Notes under the pieces: model-generated
Told to the model about the DNA's origin: nothing
The model's database searches: none
Seen by the model: the letters and a program-made list of their open reading frames with translations, nothing else
Shown here: positions 56,022-64,000 of the stretch, one piece after another
Numbering within the stretch: position 1 is the first letter of the stretch
Layout of the letters: each line of letters begins with the position of its first letter
Made by a program: the position numbers and the translations under genes
Sequence record: AP019418.1
DNA: 64,000 bases
Reading direction: 5' to 3' (one strand)

Positions 56022-57111
56022 CTCTTATGTTCACCCAGGGTCGTTAATCCTGAGCCGTTTACTTAAATGACTTTATAACCAGAATACTTTGGATTCTTGC
56101 TGTTAATTCGGTATGTTATTGTACCCTGTGATACTCCGAGAGCCTTAGCTGCATCGGCCTGGGATAAATAAACAACACCGTCCACTTCAAGTTTGTTTGA
56201 GTTAGTTGGCTTTATACTGCGTTTGTTATCCGCCAACTTTTTTCTGGTTTCTTCGGAATGTGTTTTACCGTAGAATGGATTACGTTCGCCTGTTCTCTGA
56301 GAAGCTATCTCCGACATCCTGGCTCTTGTCTCATCACTAGCTTTAATGCCAAGACGGTAAGTGTTACCCGTGTGTAACTCGGATAGAGCTACCTTAACTT
56401 CTTCTGTGTGAGTACGACCATACATCCCATTCTGCTCACCTGGTCGACCATACTTTTCCTGACGAGCCTCGGCTCCAATCTCATCAAGTCTGATACGTAT
56501 TGTATCACTCCGCTTCTCGATGATTTGTTCTTTGAGGTTATGCCTGGTTAAGTTATCACCACCCTTGGAGTGTCTACCAATATTAAGAAGGTTACCTTCT
56601 TCTTCATGCTTGGTTATCCACATCTGTTCGAGTGTAAATGCTGATTCCCGACTTTCACAACGATAGTACTTTAACGAGAATCTTTCACCGTTATCGTATT
56701 CTTGTTGTAATGGGTAGTTATGGTGCTTGGAATTACTAAGGTCTCTGAAATGTCGTTGAACGCGCTTAACTAAATCTCGCGCACTTCCGACATATACCTT
56801 TCCTTCTTTGGTGAATAGGCAATACACATAAGCTACGTCATTAATAACACCCTCCTTATCTGGCGGAGTCATTAAGTAAACCGCTGCATGTCTCCATGCA
56901 GGACAGACTATATCACGATCTCTTAAAAAGAGACCCCTACCTTTTCGGACCACTTGGTCCTACTCTACTCCCTTCCTCTTCTCAGAGTGGTTTCGATAGT
57001 CGTTAGGCATTTATGACCGTAGTCAATTTAGCACGGGATTGTCTCATAGAGAGTTTCCCCGTTTAGATAGGTTATTCGACTAGGATTGCTCCTAGAAGGC
57101 GCTAGTATTTA
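56022..57111 (-). mobile_element. group I intron in thyA
   Basis: 5' splice site after U with P1 GCGU/UA paired to UAGCGC; GACUA...AUAUAGUC P7; AAACGGGGAAAC and GACAAUCCCGUG core motifs; terminal G; splicing restores YQR-SxD. Confidence 0.93.
56063..56872 (-). CDS. intron-encoded GIY-YIG homing endonuclease (I-TevI/I-BmoI-like, NUMOD3 repeats)
   Basis: YVY...VYVGS...R...H; LEQ.WI; NLLN; two GxxNxxYGxTHxEE NUMOD3 repeats; C-terminal HTH; start placed at MTPPD. Confidence 0.9.
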   Translation of the reverse strand: MTPPDKEGVINDVAYVYCLFTKEGKVYVGSARDLVKRVQRHFRDLSNSKHHNYPLQQEYDNGERFSLKYYRCESRESAFTLEQMWITKHEEEGNLLNIGRHSKGGDNLTRHNLKEQIIEKRSDTIRIRLDEIGAEARQEKYGRPGEQNGMYGRTHTEEVKVALSELHTGNTYRLGIKASDETRARMSEIASQRTGERNPFYGKTHSEETRKKLADNKRSIKPTNSNKLEVDGVVYLSQADAAKALGVSQGTITYRINSKNPKYSGYKVI

Positions 57112-58182
57112 ACGCTGGTAGAGCTGGCAGCTCAATGCACGTTTAGGAACACCAAGTTTATCCCACAGTGCGTGATCAGTTTCCGGTTGCGCACCTTCAA
57201 GGAAAATACGTTGAGCTTCAGTGTCGTTAAGTTTGACCCAGTCATACCGTTCTTCTAGCGTCAGTTCACGAGTCCAGAACTGAAAGAAGCTATGACATGG
57301 TGGGAGCGCCTGTTCATCAACGAGTTGCGGTGACCACGCACAAACGATGATTCGACGGGAATCAGGGTTTGTCTTAAGTTGATCAATCACGTCTTGAATT
57401 TGATCAATACGACGTGTTACAACACAGCGGTCATTCTCCATACACGTACCAGGAATATCAACTACGAAGTTAAAGCCACGCTTCTCATAATCCACCCACT
57501 CATATTTAGGGATTACACGAGTGTCTTCAAGATCACGCCAAGTCTTACCGTAAACGGCACCTAGATCGCCCCCGATGAGTTTCAGAGGCTTAACTCCAAA
57601 TAGCAATTTATATAGTCGTTTACCATATTCATATTTAATTAGTTCTGGTGTTACACTCTCATCGAAATCTATAGTAGATACTGCCAGCCATTGGCTAGTG
57701 TTAACACCAATTACATGCGTAGCATCAATATTAATGGTTGGATATTGATTCCAAAAGCTAGCTATCTCATCATCACTTAAAGAAGCTTCAAACTCATCTC
57801 TAGTTTGAATGATTACTTCATCATCTAAACAATGAAAATAAAGGGCAAATGGGCCACCAACTTTCTTTAGAATAGCTGAGTCAAGCTCTTCTTGATTTAA
57901 CTCACGATACATCGCGGTATTTGGTTTAACCCATTCATTCCAAATGCGTACGCCATTTTCAATTAAATAATCTACACGAGTATCACCAGAAAGCATCCAG
58001 AACAATTCATGGATAACAGATGGAAGATGAATTTTCTTAGTAGTTACTACGGGTAGAACGTTGTTACGTAAACTATAACGTTCTTGTTGACCAAACATGC
58101 TCTGAGTACCAGTACCAGTACGGTCACCTTTATGCACACCGTGTTCTTTAACTAAACGAATTGAATTAAGATATTGTTCCAT
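57112..58182 (-). CDS. thyA: thymidylate synthase, exon 1, with large insertions
   Basis: DRTGTG; TTKK; ELFWMLSG; IWNEW; GDLGAVYG; SRRII; ALPPCH; LYQR followed by TAA inside the intron. Confidence 0.95.
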
Positions 58183-58382
58183 TACTTGATCCTCGGATTG
58201 TCTACTAGTCCACAGTTGAACCAGAGATGTTTATCATGGCGGCGATCATCACTAATAGATACGATCGTACCCTTACCATCTTTAAAGTTAATAATCAATG
58301 CCCGAACTCGACCATGGGTGAGAGCATTGAAAATTTTGTACGACTTTACACTGAATGCGATTCTTTCATCAAGACGATCCAT
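58182..58382 (-). CDS. hypothetical protein (66 aa)
   Basis: TAATG coupling to thyA. Confidence 0.7.
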   Translation of the reverse strand: MDRLDERIAFSVKSYKIFNALTHGRVRALIINFKDGKGTIVSISDDRRHDKHLWFNCGLVDNPRIK

Positions 58383-58409
58383 ATTTCATTCCTCTAACCT
58401 TACTGGTAA

Positions 58410-58703
58410 TCACAGATCAACCTCTATCCGTTTGTATTTGATATTAACTGGAATACCTAATTCATTTTTTACAAGATTAAATGAGTTTTTCGATGGAGTG
58501 TATGTAGCAACTATAACGGCTTGGCTATCAGCTACAACTACATCTCGCCATTCCATGTGCATGTTATCGAAATCATCTTTACCCATAATCAAGTAATAAG
58601 ACGTATCATTATGCGTAATGGTATTTTCAAACGGTCTAATTACAAAAGCACTTAAACTAGACTGTATACGGTGTCCTACTTGTTCAAGTGTAACTGTATA
58701 CAT
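58410..58703 (-). CDS. hypothetical protein (97 aa)
   Basis: AGGAGG RBS. Confidence 0.75.
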   Translation of the reverse strand: MYTVTLEQVGHRIQSSLSAFVIRPFENTITHNDTSYYLIMGKDDFDNMHMEWRDVVVADSQAVIVATYTPSKNSFNLVKNELGIPVNIKYKRIEVDL

Positions 58704-58808
58704 AAAACCTCCTAGACGGCATACGGGAGTCCCGAAGGACCCCCTAAGCGCAACTAACCAATCGGCCAGTATTTTGCCTATAATATTAGTCTATTAAAAG
58801 TATTTTTA

Positions 58809-59516
58809 TTACAGACCAATACGAGTCAAAATTTCAGCCCAACCTTTCTCTTTAGCATATCGCAATAGGCTATTTTCAATATGGGTCTCACTATAGACAA
58901 TAGGCTCATGACCACCTTGCACATGATACATTGTTAATGGTTCCACCACATGTTGACTAGACCAAGCATCGTATAAACGATCATTGATTTTAATCACCAC
59001 ATATACCATCAATTTATCGTCGATGTCAAGATCAATACCTGCTACAAATGCATTAACATTGGAACGCACTTGGTCAGCAGTTAGTTGCACTTGCAGCCCG
59101 CCATGTACTTCAAATTCGATATCACAGATATTCTTATTTAACCAAGTATACACTGCCTGATTAGCATATGTCTCAATTGGATCACTACTACGTAAATCTA
59201 ATAATGGTCCATATGTTTCTAATGATGAGACACTGGTATCAACTAGGTCATTCAATGAGTATTCGGTACTAGAACAACTATCTAAAACACAGATAGTGTT
59301 ATCCTCGATATGGATAGGTAATACCTTGAATACCACATTAGCAACATTAGGTAATGAGGTACCTGGTTCAGAACTATTGAATGGAGTATAAAATAATCGA
59401 TCAGCCACTTCATTATCAATAGTTGATACATCCATTGGAACGAATCCATTAAGATCTTGTTTGATTACGTCATTGTGTCCAATTCCAGAAAAAGATAAAT
59501 ACATTTTCTCAGACAT
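58809..59516 (-). CDS. hypothetical protein (235 aa)
   Basis: ORF track. Confidence 0.75.
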   Translation of the reverse strand: MSEKMYLSFSGIGHNDVIKQDLNGFVPMDVSTIDNEVADRLFYTPFNSSEPGTSLPNVANVVFKVLPIHIEDNTICVLDSCSSTEYSLNDLVDTSVSSLETYGPLLDLRSSDPIETYANQAVYTWLNKNICDIEFEVHGGLQVQLTADQVRSNVNAFVAGIDLDIDDKLMVYVVIKINDRLYDAWSSQHVVEPLTMYHVQGGHEPIVYSETHIENSLLRYAKEKGWAEILTRIGL

Positions 59517-59524
59517 ATCCGTAC

Positions 59525-59782
59525 CTATTTATTTACACAGATTAGAGTATGTTCTACTTTACTAGTACTAGAAGAAAAATAACGTAATAGAACACCATCA
59601 CTGATTTTTACAGTCTCTACATTATTACGAATAGCACTTGCTTTAGCTAGTTTTTGAATGCGCTCAATCGCGCTAAAACAAGTAGCCATGTCAGAGAACT
59701 CAGCGGTTGACTGCGATGCACCATTGGCTTGATAACCAGCGATACTGATACTACTAAAAAGAATTGCTAAAGTTGCATTCAT
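59525..59782 (-). CDS. small secreted/membrane protein with F...C..A and C-terminal C
   Basis: 85 aa; hydrophobic N-terminus. Confidence 0.65.
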   Translation of the reverse strand: MNATLAILFSSISIAGYQANGASQSTAEFSDMATCFSAIERIQKLAKASAIRNNVETVKISDGVLLRYFSSSTSKVEHTLICVNK

Positions 59783-60687
59783 TTCTTACCACCTTTAATA
59801 ACAGTGAGTTTTGGTGTACCGGTAGGACGAGAAGGTTTATTAATAATAACCTGCGAATTGGAAGAATTATTGAAATCCTCAACCATCTTATTTACATCAT
59901 TGTCAAATGAATTAGATGTATTATCACCCGAGTCCACAGTTGATTCACTAACCACATTTGAAATAGGGTAACTGAGGAGTTCCATCATAAGTACATTGAT
60001 GTTATCCTGATAGTTTTCATTACGTGTACAATTAATAACCCGCTCACACCAATCCATAATTAATTCTGGTGCATTCTGTTTAATTACAGTTACCGCTACT
60101 CTAATATGTGCATCTAATTCTGGATTACTAAATTCAGTTACTCTGTTAATGGCGCTTTCAATCATCTGATCATGCTCATTCTCAGATGTATTCCTTACAA
60201 CTAACTTACCATTAGTGGTATCGGCTTTATTTTTAAAATTAACCTCAGTGACATTACCTACGGTAGTTAATACTGGGTTTTTGTCAACTACATTATTAAC
60301 AGTTCCTTCTAATGTTGCACGAATAGTATCTGCATTGAGATATCTATCTACTAGTGGCATTTCAAAGAATGCGTTAGAATTATCATCAATAGGTGTAACT
60401 ACACCCAATACTGCATAAAGAGGAAGTTTAATACTGACCCCAACTCCATTTACTGTTACATTGAAAGAGATATATTCGTCACTGATATAAAAATTCTTTG
60501 CACAGCGTGGATGGATATTGAAAGTGATAGTGTGATCTTCTTTCGCATGCTTTAGAGCTACCTCAGATAAATCAGGTACTAATTGAGTATGTGCTACAAT
60601 TAGAATATCTCTGAAGTTATTCTCAAGAAACCAATCATAGGTAGCTCGAAGAATATGGCCAGTGAGTAATGATTTTACCTTTAGCAT
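59779..60687 (-). CDS. sspB: SspB-like ClpXP adaptor
   Basis: LRATYDWF...ITFNI...F...FNVTVNG...LPLYAVLGV SspB core; C-terminal RPTGTPKLTVIKGGKK resembles the SspB ClpX-binding tail. Confidence 0.8.
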   Translation of the reverse strand: MLKVKSLLTGHILRATYDWFLENNFRDILIVAHTQLVPDLSEVALKHAKEDHTITFNIHPRCAKNFYISDEYISFNVTVNGVGVSIKLPLYAVLGVVTPIDDNSNAFFEMPLVDRYLNADTIRATLEGTVNNVVDKNPVLTTVGNVTEVNFKNKADTTNGKLVVRNTSENEHDQMIESAINRVTEFSNPELDAHIRVAVTVIKQNAPELIMDWCERVINCTRNENYQDNINVLMMELLSYPISNVVSESTVDSGDNTSNSFDNDVNKMVEDFNNSSNSQVIINKPSRPTGTPKLTVIKGGKK

Positions 60688-60709
60688 ATTTGCATTACCT
60701 TTAAATAAA

Positions 60710-61177
60710 TTATAGGAAGATATCTTCTACTGAGGGCACTATATTCTTTTCTTTTACAAGTTCAGTAGATTTGGTATAATGTGCATTAAATAGTTTCTTT
60801 AAATCTGCTTTTTCATATTTTACAGTATCTGCTAATTTCCAAATAGTAAGACCTAGATGAATACTAACTGAATTAACATGTTTTACGCATAGATCAATTA
60901 ATTTGTTAAACTCTTCTAATTCATTTTTAATCAACGTTGCATCTAAAGCTTGGTGCAAACGATTAGATAATTTAACTTTATCTTTGTCAATTGTAAAGTT
61001 ATTTTCAATATCCTTAGCACTCATCGGTGGTTCAACTTTATACCACACATTGGTTAGTTTACCGTCCACACGCGTCGTGATGGGATGTTTATAATCAGTC
61101 CAACTTCTATGTAGATTATGTTTATCATCAAGAACATCTACAGTAACTTTCTCATTACCTGTAAAGAATGGATACAT
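60710..61177 (-). CDS. hypothetical protein (155 aa)
   Basis: TAATG coupling to upstream small ORF. Confidence 0.75.
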   Translation of the reverse strand: MYPFFTGNEKVTVDVLDDKHNLHRSWTDYKHPITTRVDGKLTNVWYKVEPPMSAKDIENNFTIDKDKVKLSNRLHQALDATLIKNELEEFNKLIDLCVKHVNSVSIHLGLTIWKLADTVKYEKADLKKLFNAHYTKSTELVKEKNIVPSVEDIFL

Positions 61178-61350
61178 TAGGTTGCCTTTATTTTATCAAT
61201 GAGTAATTTTAATAGTTCATCATTAGTTAAATTGTCTTTATTTTTAATAATGTCTTTTAGTTTAAACATATTGAAAGTATACCACAACCACTTATGAATT
61301 ATATAACAAATCACTATAACTAATAATAGTAGTGAATGTAATGCTAGCAT
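61177..61350 (-). CDS. small membrane protein (57 aa), not in ORF track
   Basis: MLALHSLLLLVIVICYIIHKWLW...; first gene after early promoter 61387-61394. Confidence 0.65.
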   Translation of the reverse strand: MLALHSLLLLVIVICYIIHKWLWYTFNMFKLKDIIKNKDNLTNDELLKLLIDKIKAT

Positions 61351-61451
61351 TATAACTACCTATTTTGATATGACTTGACCAAATATGTAATATAGATTTC
61401 AAAAAAAATTTAATGCAATAAAGGAGAGCTAAATAGCTCTCCTATTTATGC

Positions 61452-61742
61452 TTATTTATTTTTCTTTCTTGACTTATCTTTAATAACTAAGTCTAATGCT
61501 TCAAACATTTTAACAGCAGTTAAATGGTCGATAGAGTATGCCTTTTTACGTAAACGTCCAATAGCTACTGTATACTGGTATTCAGATAAACCATCACTCA
61601 TATTGTCAATAATTGATAGTGCTTCTTTATAAAGCCTGTTACACTTTATCGTGTGTTTGATGGCATAATAACCCCAGTTAATTAAAGCCATCATTATAAT
61701 CAGAAACAAAATACCTATAATTACTGTCATGATATCATTCAT
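61452..61742 (-). CDS. membrane-anchored hypothetical protein (96 aa)
   Basis: N-terminal TM. Confidence 0.7.
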   Translation of the reverse strand: MNDIMTVIIGILFLIIMMALINWGYYAIKHTIKCNRLYKEALSIIDNMSDGLSEYQYTVAIGRLRKKAYSIDHLTAVKMFEALDLVIKDKSRKKNK

Positions 61743-62052
61743 TTGCTGTTTCCCTATTATTACATTTTAATATAATCAATGAGTTGATATCGTAAATAAA
61801 AGATGTAAAAATATGTTGATTTGTTATTTTAGATGATTCTTTATCTATAATGTCTTGGACAGCATTTTGATAGAAAAAATAACTTATGCCATTGGGCATT
61901 TTATCTAATACATATCTAACCTTATAAACACCCATCCAGTGAATATAATGATTTTTTATATTAATAATGAAAGTTACACATGTTGATATAGCCGTTAGTG
62001 TTATCATTGATATAACAAATACTTTATACATTTGCAACCCACAGATTCTCAT
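61735..62052 (-). CDS. membrane-anchored hypothetical protein (105 aa)
   Basis: N-terminal TM; resembles 61452-61742. Confidence 0.65.
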   Translation of the reverse strand: MRICGLQMYKVFVISMITLTAISTCVTFIINIKNHYIHWMGVYKVRYVLDKMPNGISYFFYQNAVQDIIDKESSKITNQHIFTSFIYDINSLIILKCNNRETANE

Positions 62053-62087
62053 CTAGATGAAATAAACCAGCCCCGAAGGGCTGGTAT

Positions 62088-62456
62088 TTATTTTACAACC
62101 ACAGCTTTACCGTAGTTGTTATCCATACAGGTTTTAAATGATGTAACGTATGCATCACGTGGGCTTTGTCTACGTGAATACACAACGTGCACCTCTTTAA
62201 TTGCTGCTGGGAGAACATTGTAAAGAACGTTATCTTTGTTCTTCACGCCGTACCCTTTTAGGGATCGTAGGTTTTCTTCCCATTGTAAAATGGGTGTTTT
62301 ACGCTGACGTGCTTCTGCTGTGGCATGTGCTATAAGTGCAACACCATTACAGTAATTCTCGTCAACTACCAACGATGCAGCTAGTGGGTTTGATACGTAT
62401 AACAACGTACTTAATACGGCCACTAACTTCATTACGTGTGTTAAACATTGCATCAC
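62088..62456 (-). CDS. secreted two-Cys helical protein (family member)
   Basis: signal peptide ending PLAA; ENYC..VA..A..TA.ARQ...FKTC. Confidence 0.75.
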   Translation of the reverse strand: MMQCLTHVMKLVAVLSTLLYVSNPLAASLVVDENYCNGVALIAHATAEARQRKTPILQWEENLRSLKGYGVKNKDNVLYNVLPAAIKEVHVVYSRRQSPRDAYVTSFKTCMDNNYGKAVVVK

Positions 62457-62509
62457 GTTGTACCTAGGTTGCTAAGATCAGAATATAAAGCTACTAAAAT
62501 AGCCTTAAA

Positions 62510-63109
62510 TCATTCTACAACCTTAACGTTACCATCTTCAATAACTAGATCTTTACCTACAACATCGGCAAGATCTAACTTATCTTTTACTTCCAGTTTC
62601 TTGATACTGTGTACAAAACGGAATACAGATAGACGAAGAATTAGTTCTTCTGGTACATCAACAACATCAATAAAGTATTCTGATGGGTTGATATCACAAT
62701 TGACATATTCCCAACTTTGTCTTAGTTCAGTTTCATTCTCAGTTACTTGTGCATCAAGAACTTCTTCAAAGTTAATATTGGCAATATTAGTATCATTATC
62801 ATTCAGATAAGTAAATTGAAGACTAGCATTATTAATGAATTCTTCTTCAACTACAGTTAGTGCACGTTGAGCGTGAATGGGTAGATGATATCGAATACAC
62901 CCATTAATAATAACCTCATTTGCCTTTTCAATATAACGTTCTTCTTTGAATTTTACATTAGATACGACGTAATCTAGGATTGCCTTGTAATATTCTTTAT
63001 GATCTGGGTGGCTCTTTTCAATCCACTGTCGGCTACTTACGCTAATTTTTTTCTCGGCTAGAAAATCTCGGAATTTAGCACGATCGATATAAGCGGTACG
63101 TTTTTTCAT
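62510..63109 (-). CDS. hypothetical protein (199 aa)
   Basis: AGGA RBS. Confidence 0.75.
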   Translation of the reverse strand: MKKRTAYIDRAKFRDFLAEKKISVSSRQWIEKSHPDHKEYYKAILDYVVSNVKFKEERYIEKANEVIINGCIRYHLPIHAQRALTVVEEEFINNASLQFTYLNDNDTNIANINFEEVLDAQVTENETELRQSWEYVNCDINPSEYFIDVVDVPEELILRLSVFRFVHSIKKLEVKDKLDLADVVGKDLVIEDGNVKVVE

Positions 63110-63121
63110 CAGTAGTTCCTA

Positions 63122-63637
63122 TTATTTAACATTTCTAGGTGTTAGTTCGATATGTGAACAGATCACATAAGATGCACATGCCAGTACATCTAAACCATAA
63201 TACTCATCATAATGGAAATATCCTCTGAGATTACCTTGTTTAGTAAAGGTGTATTCATCAGCTAAATCTAACTCGTTACTTGTCTCTAGCACATTGATTA
63301 ATTTATCATATTCAACTTTTAGTGCTATATCAGTACAGATTATTTGCTTGATATATTTATCAGAGTTTGGATCATTTTTATAATCTAAAGTATCAGTTAA
63401 TACAGTGGTTAATGCTAGAATAACATAGTCATGGTAACTTTCCGGTTGTTTAATCTCACCTTCAGGTATTTCAATCCATTCCCAACCATGTCGTAATATA
63501 TTTAGCATTACATGCCACTTACTGGTTTCATTACTAACCACAGCTATTGGTGAATCATTATAAGGTTTATACAAACCTGTTGTTTTTAAAAGATCTTTTT
63601 TAATAGCAGCTATATATAACGGGCGGTTTTCTGACAT
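63122..63637 (-). CDS. hypothetical protein (171 aa)
   Basis: ORF track. Confidence 0.75.
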   Translation of the reverse strand: MSENRPLYIAAIKKDLLKTTGLYKPYNDSPIAVVSNETSKWHVMLNILRHGWEWIEIPEGEIKQPESYHDYVILALTTVLTDTLDYKNDPNSDKYIKQIICTDIALKVEYDKLINVLETSNELDLADEYTFTKQGNLRGYFHYDEYYGLDVLACASYVICSHIELTPRNVK

Positions 63638-63646
63638 TTTTATAAC

Positions 63647-63976
63647 TCACATATATTTCAAATGTTTGCCAATTGGTCTGTTAGGGTTATACATATAACC
63701 ACGACCTGCTGCTGCCCTAATTACTAATTTCTGCATATCTGTTAATTTTCTATAATTATCACCAATTAATTTAAGTATAATACTTTCTATAGAATCATTA
63801 GTTAATTCAGAAGGATCTGTTACTTTGAAATAATTATATACTAATTCTCTTTTAACTAGAAAATCAACTCTTCGTTTTTCTTTAATTCGTTTATAACGTT
63901 GCGATACATGGATAAATGAAAATAAAACAACTATCCAGAATAAGGTCAAAAGTAGGTACTCATCAACTACATTCAT
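63647..63976 (-). CDS. membrane-anchored hypothetical protein (109 aa)
   Basis: N-terminal TM then basic segment. Confidence 0.7.
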   Translation of the reverse strand: MNVVDEYLLLTLFWIVVLFSFIHVSQRYKRIKEKRRVDFLVKRELVYNYFKVTDPSELTNDSIESIILKLIGDNYRKLTDMQKLVIRAAAGRGYMYNPNRPIGKHLKYM

Positions 63977-64000
63977 TTTTAATCCCTATCTTTTTTTTTC

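Noticed and set aside
57571-57930. Intein or second intron in thyA
   Set aside because: No Cys/Ser start, no His-Asn end, no group I core motifs, and the frame is open

Overview
64 kb of an AT-rich, gene-dense lytic jumbo phage that looks like a phiKZ-type Pseudomonas phage, shown in reverse orientation relative to the phiKZ map. The assignment rests on the tRNA set (Leu-TAA, Pro-TGG, CAT, Asp-GTC, Asn-GTT, Thr-TGT), recurrent TATATTAC early and TATG late promoter motifs, and the order thymidylate synthase ... tRNAs ... head protein ... nrdB/nrdA ... DHFR. Most genes are short minus-strand hypotheticals. A plus-strand island (about 8.8-22.7 kb) carries nrdA, nrdB, a glycine-zipper protein, a head-protein-like gene and 7 tRNAs. 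Recognisable enzymes include DHFR, a class Ia RNR, a thymidylate synthase split by a group I intron with a GIY-YIG endonuclease, an RlaP-like nucleotidyltransferase, a RelA/SpoT-type HD hydrolase, an SspB-like adaptor, a BCS1-like AAA ATPase, a cytidine-deaminase-fold protein and an Ntn-hydrolase-like protein. The most interesting unexplained signals are (i) three stand-alone structured RNA candidates, each starting at a TATG|TA motif and ending in a terminator, two of them with C-rich loops, (ii) an expanded family of signal-peptide, two-cysteine helical proteins, (iii) the thyA intron with a stem that pairs the endonuclease start and stop regions, and (iv) a duplicated tRNA-Asn with a mutated T-loop. 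Family names and phiKZ gene-number equivalences come from motif recognition and synteny by eye; no searches were run.
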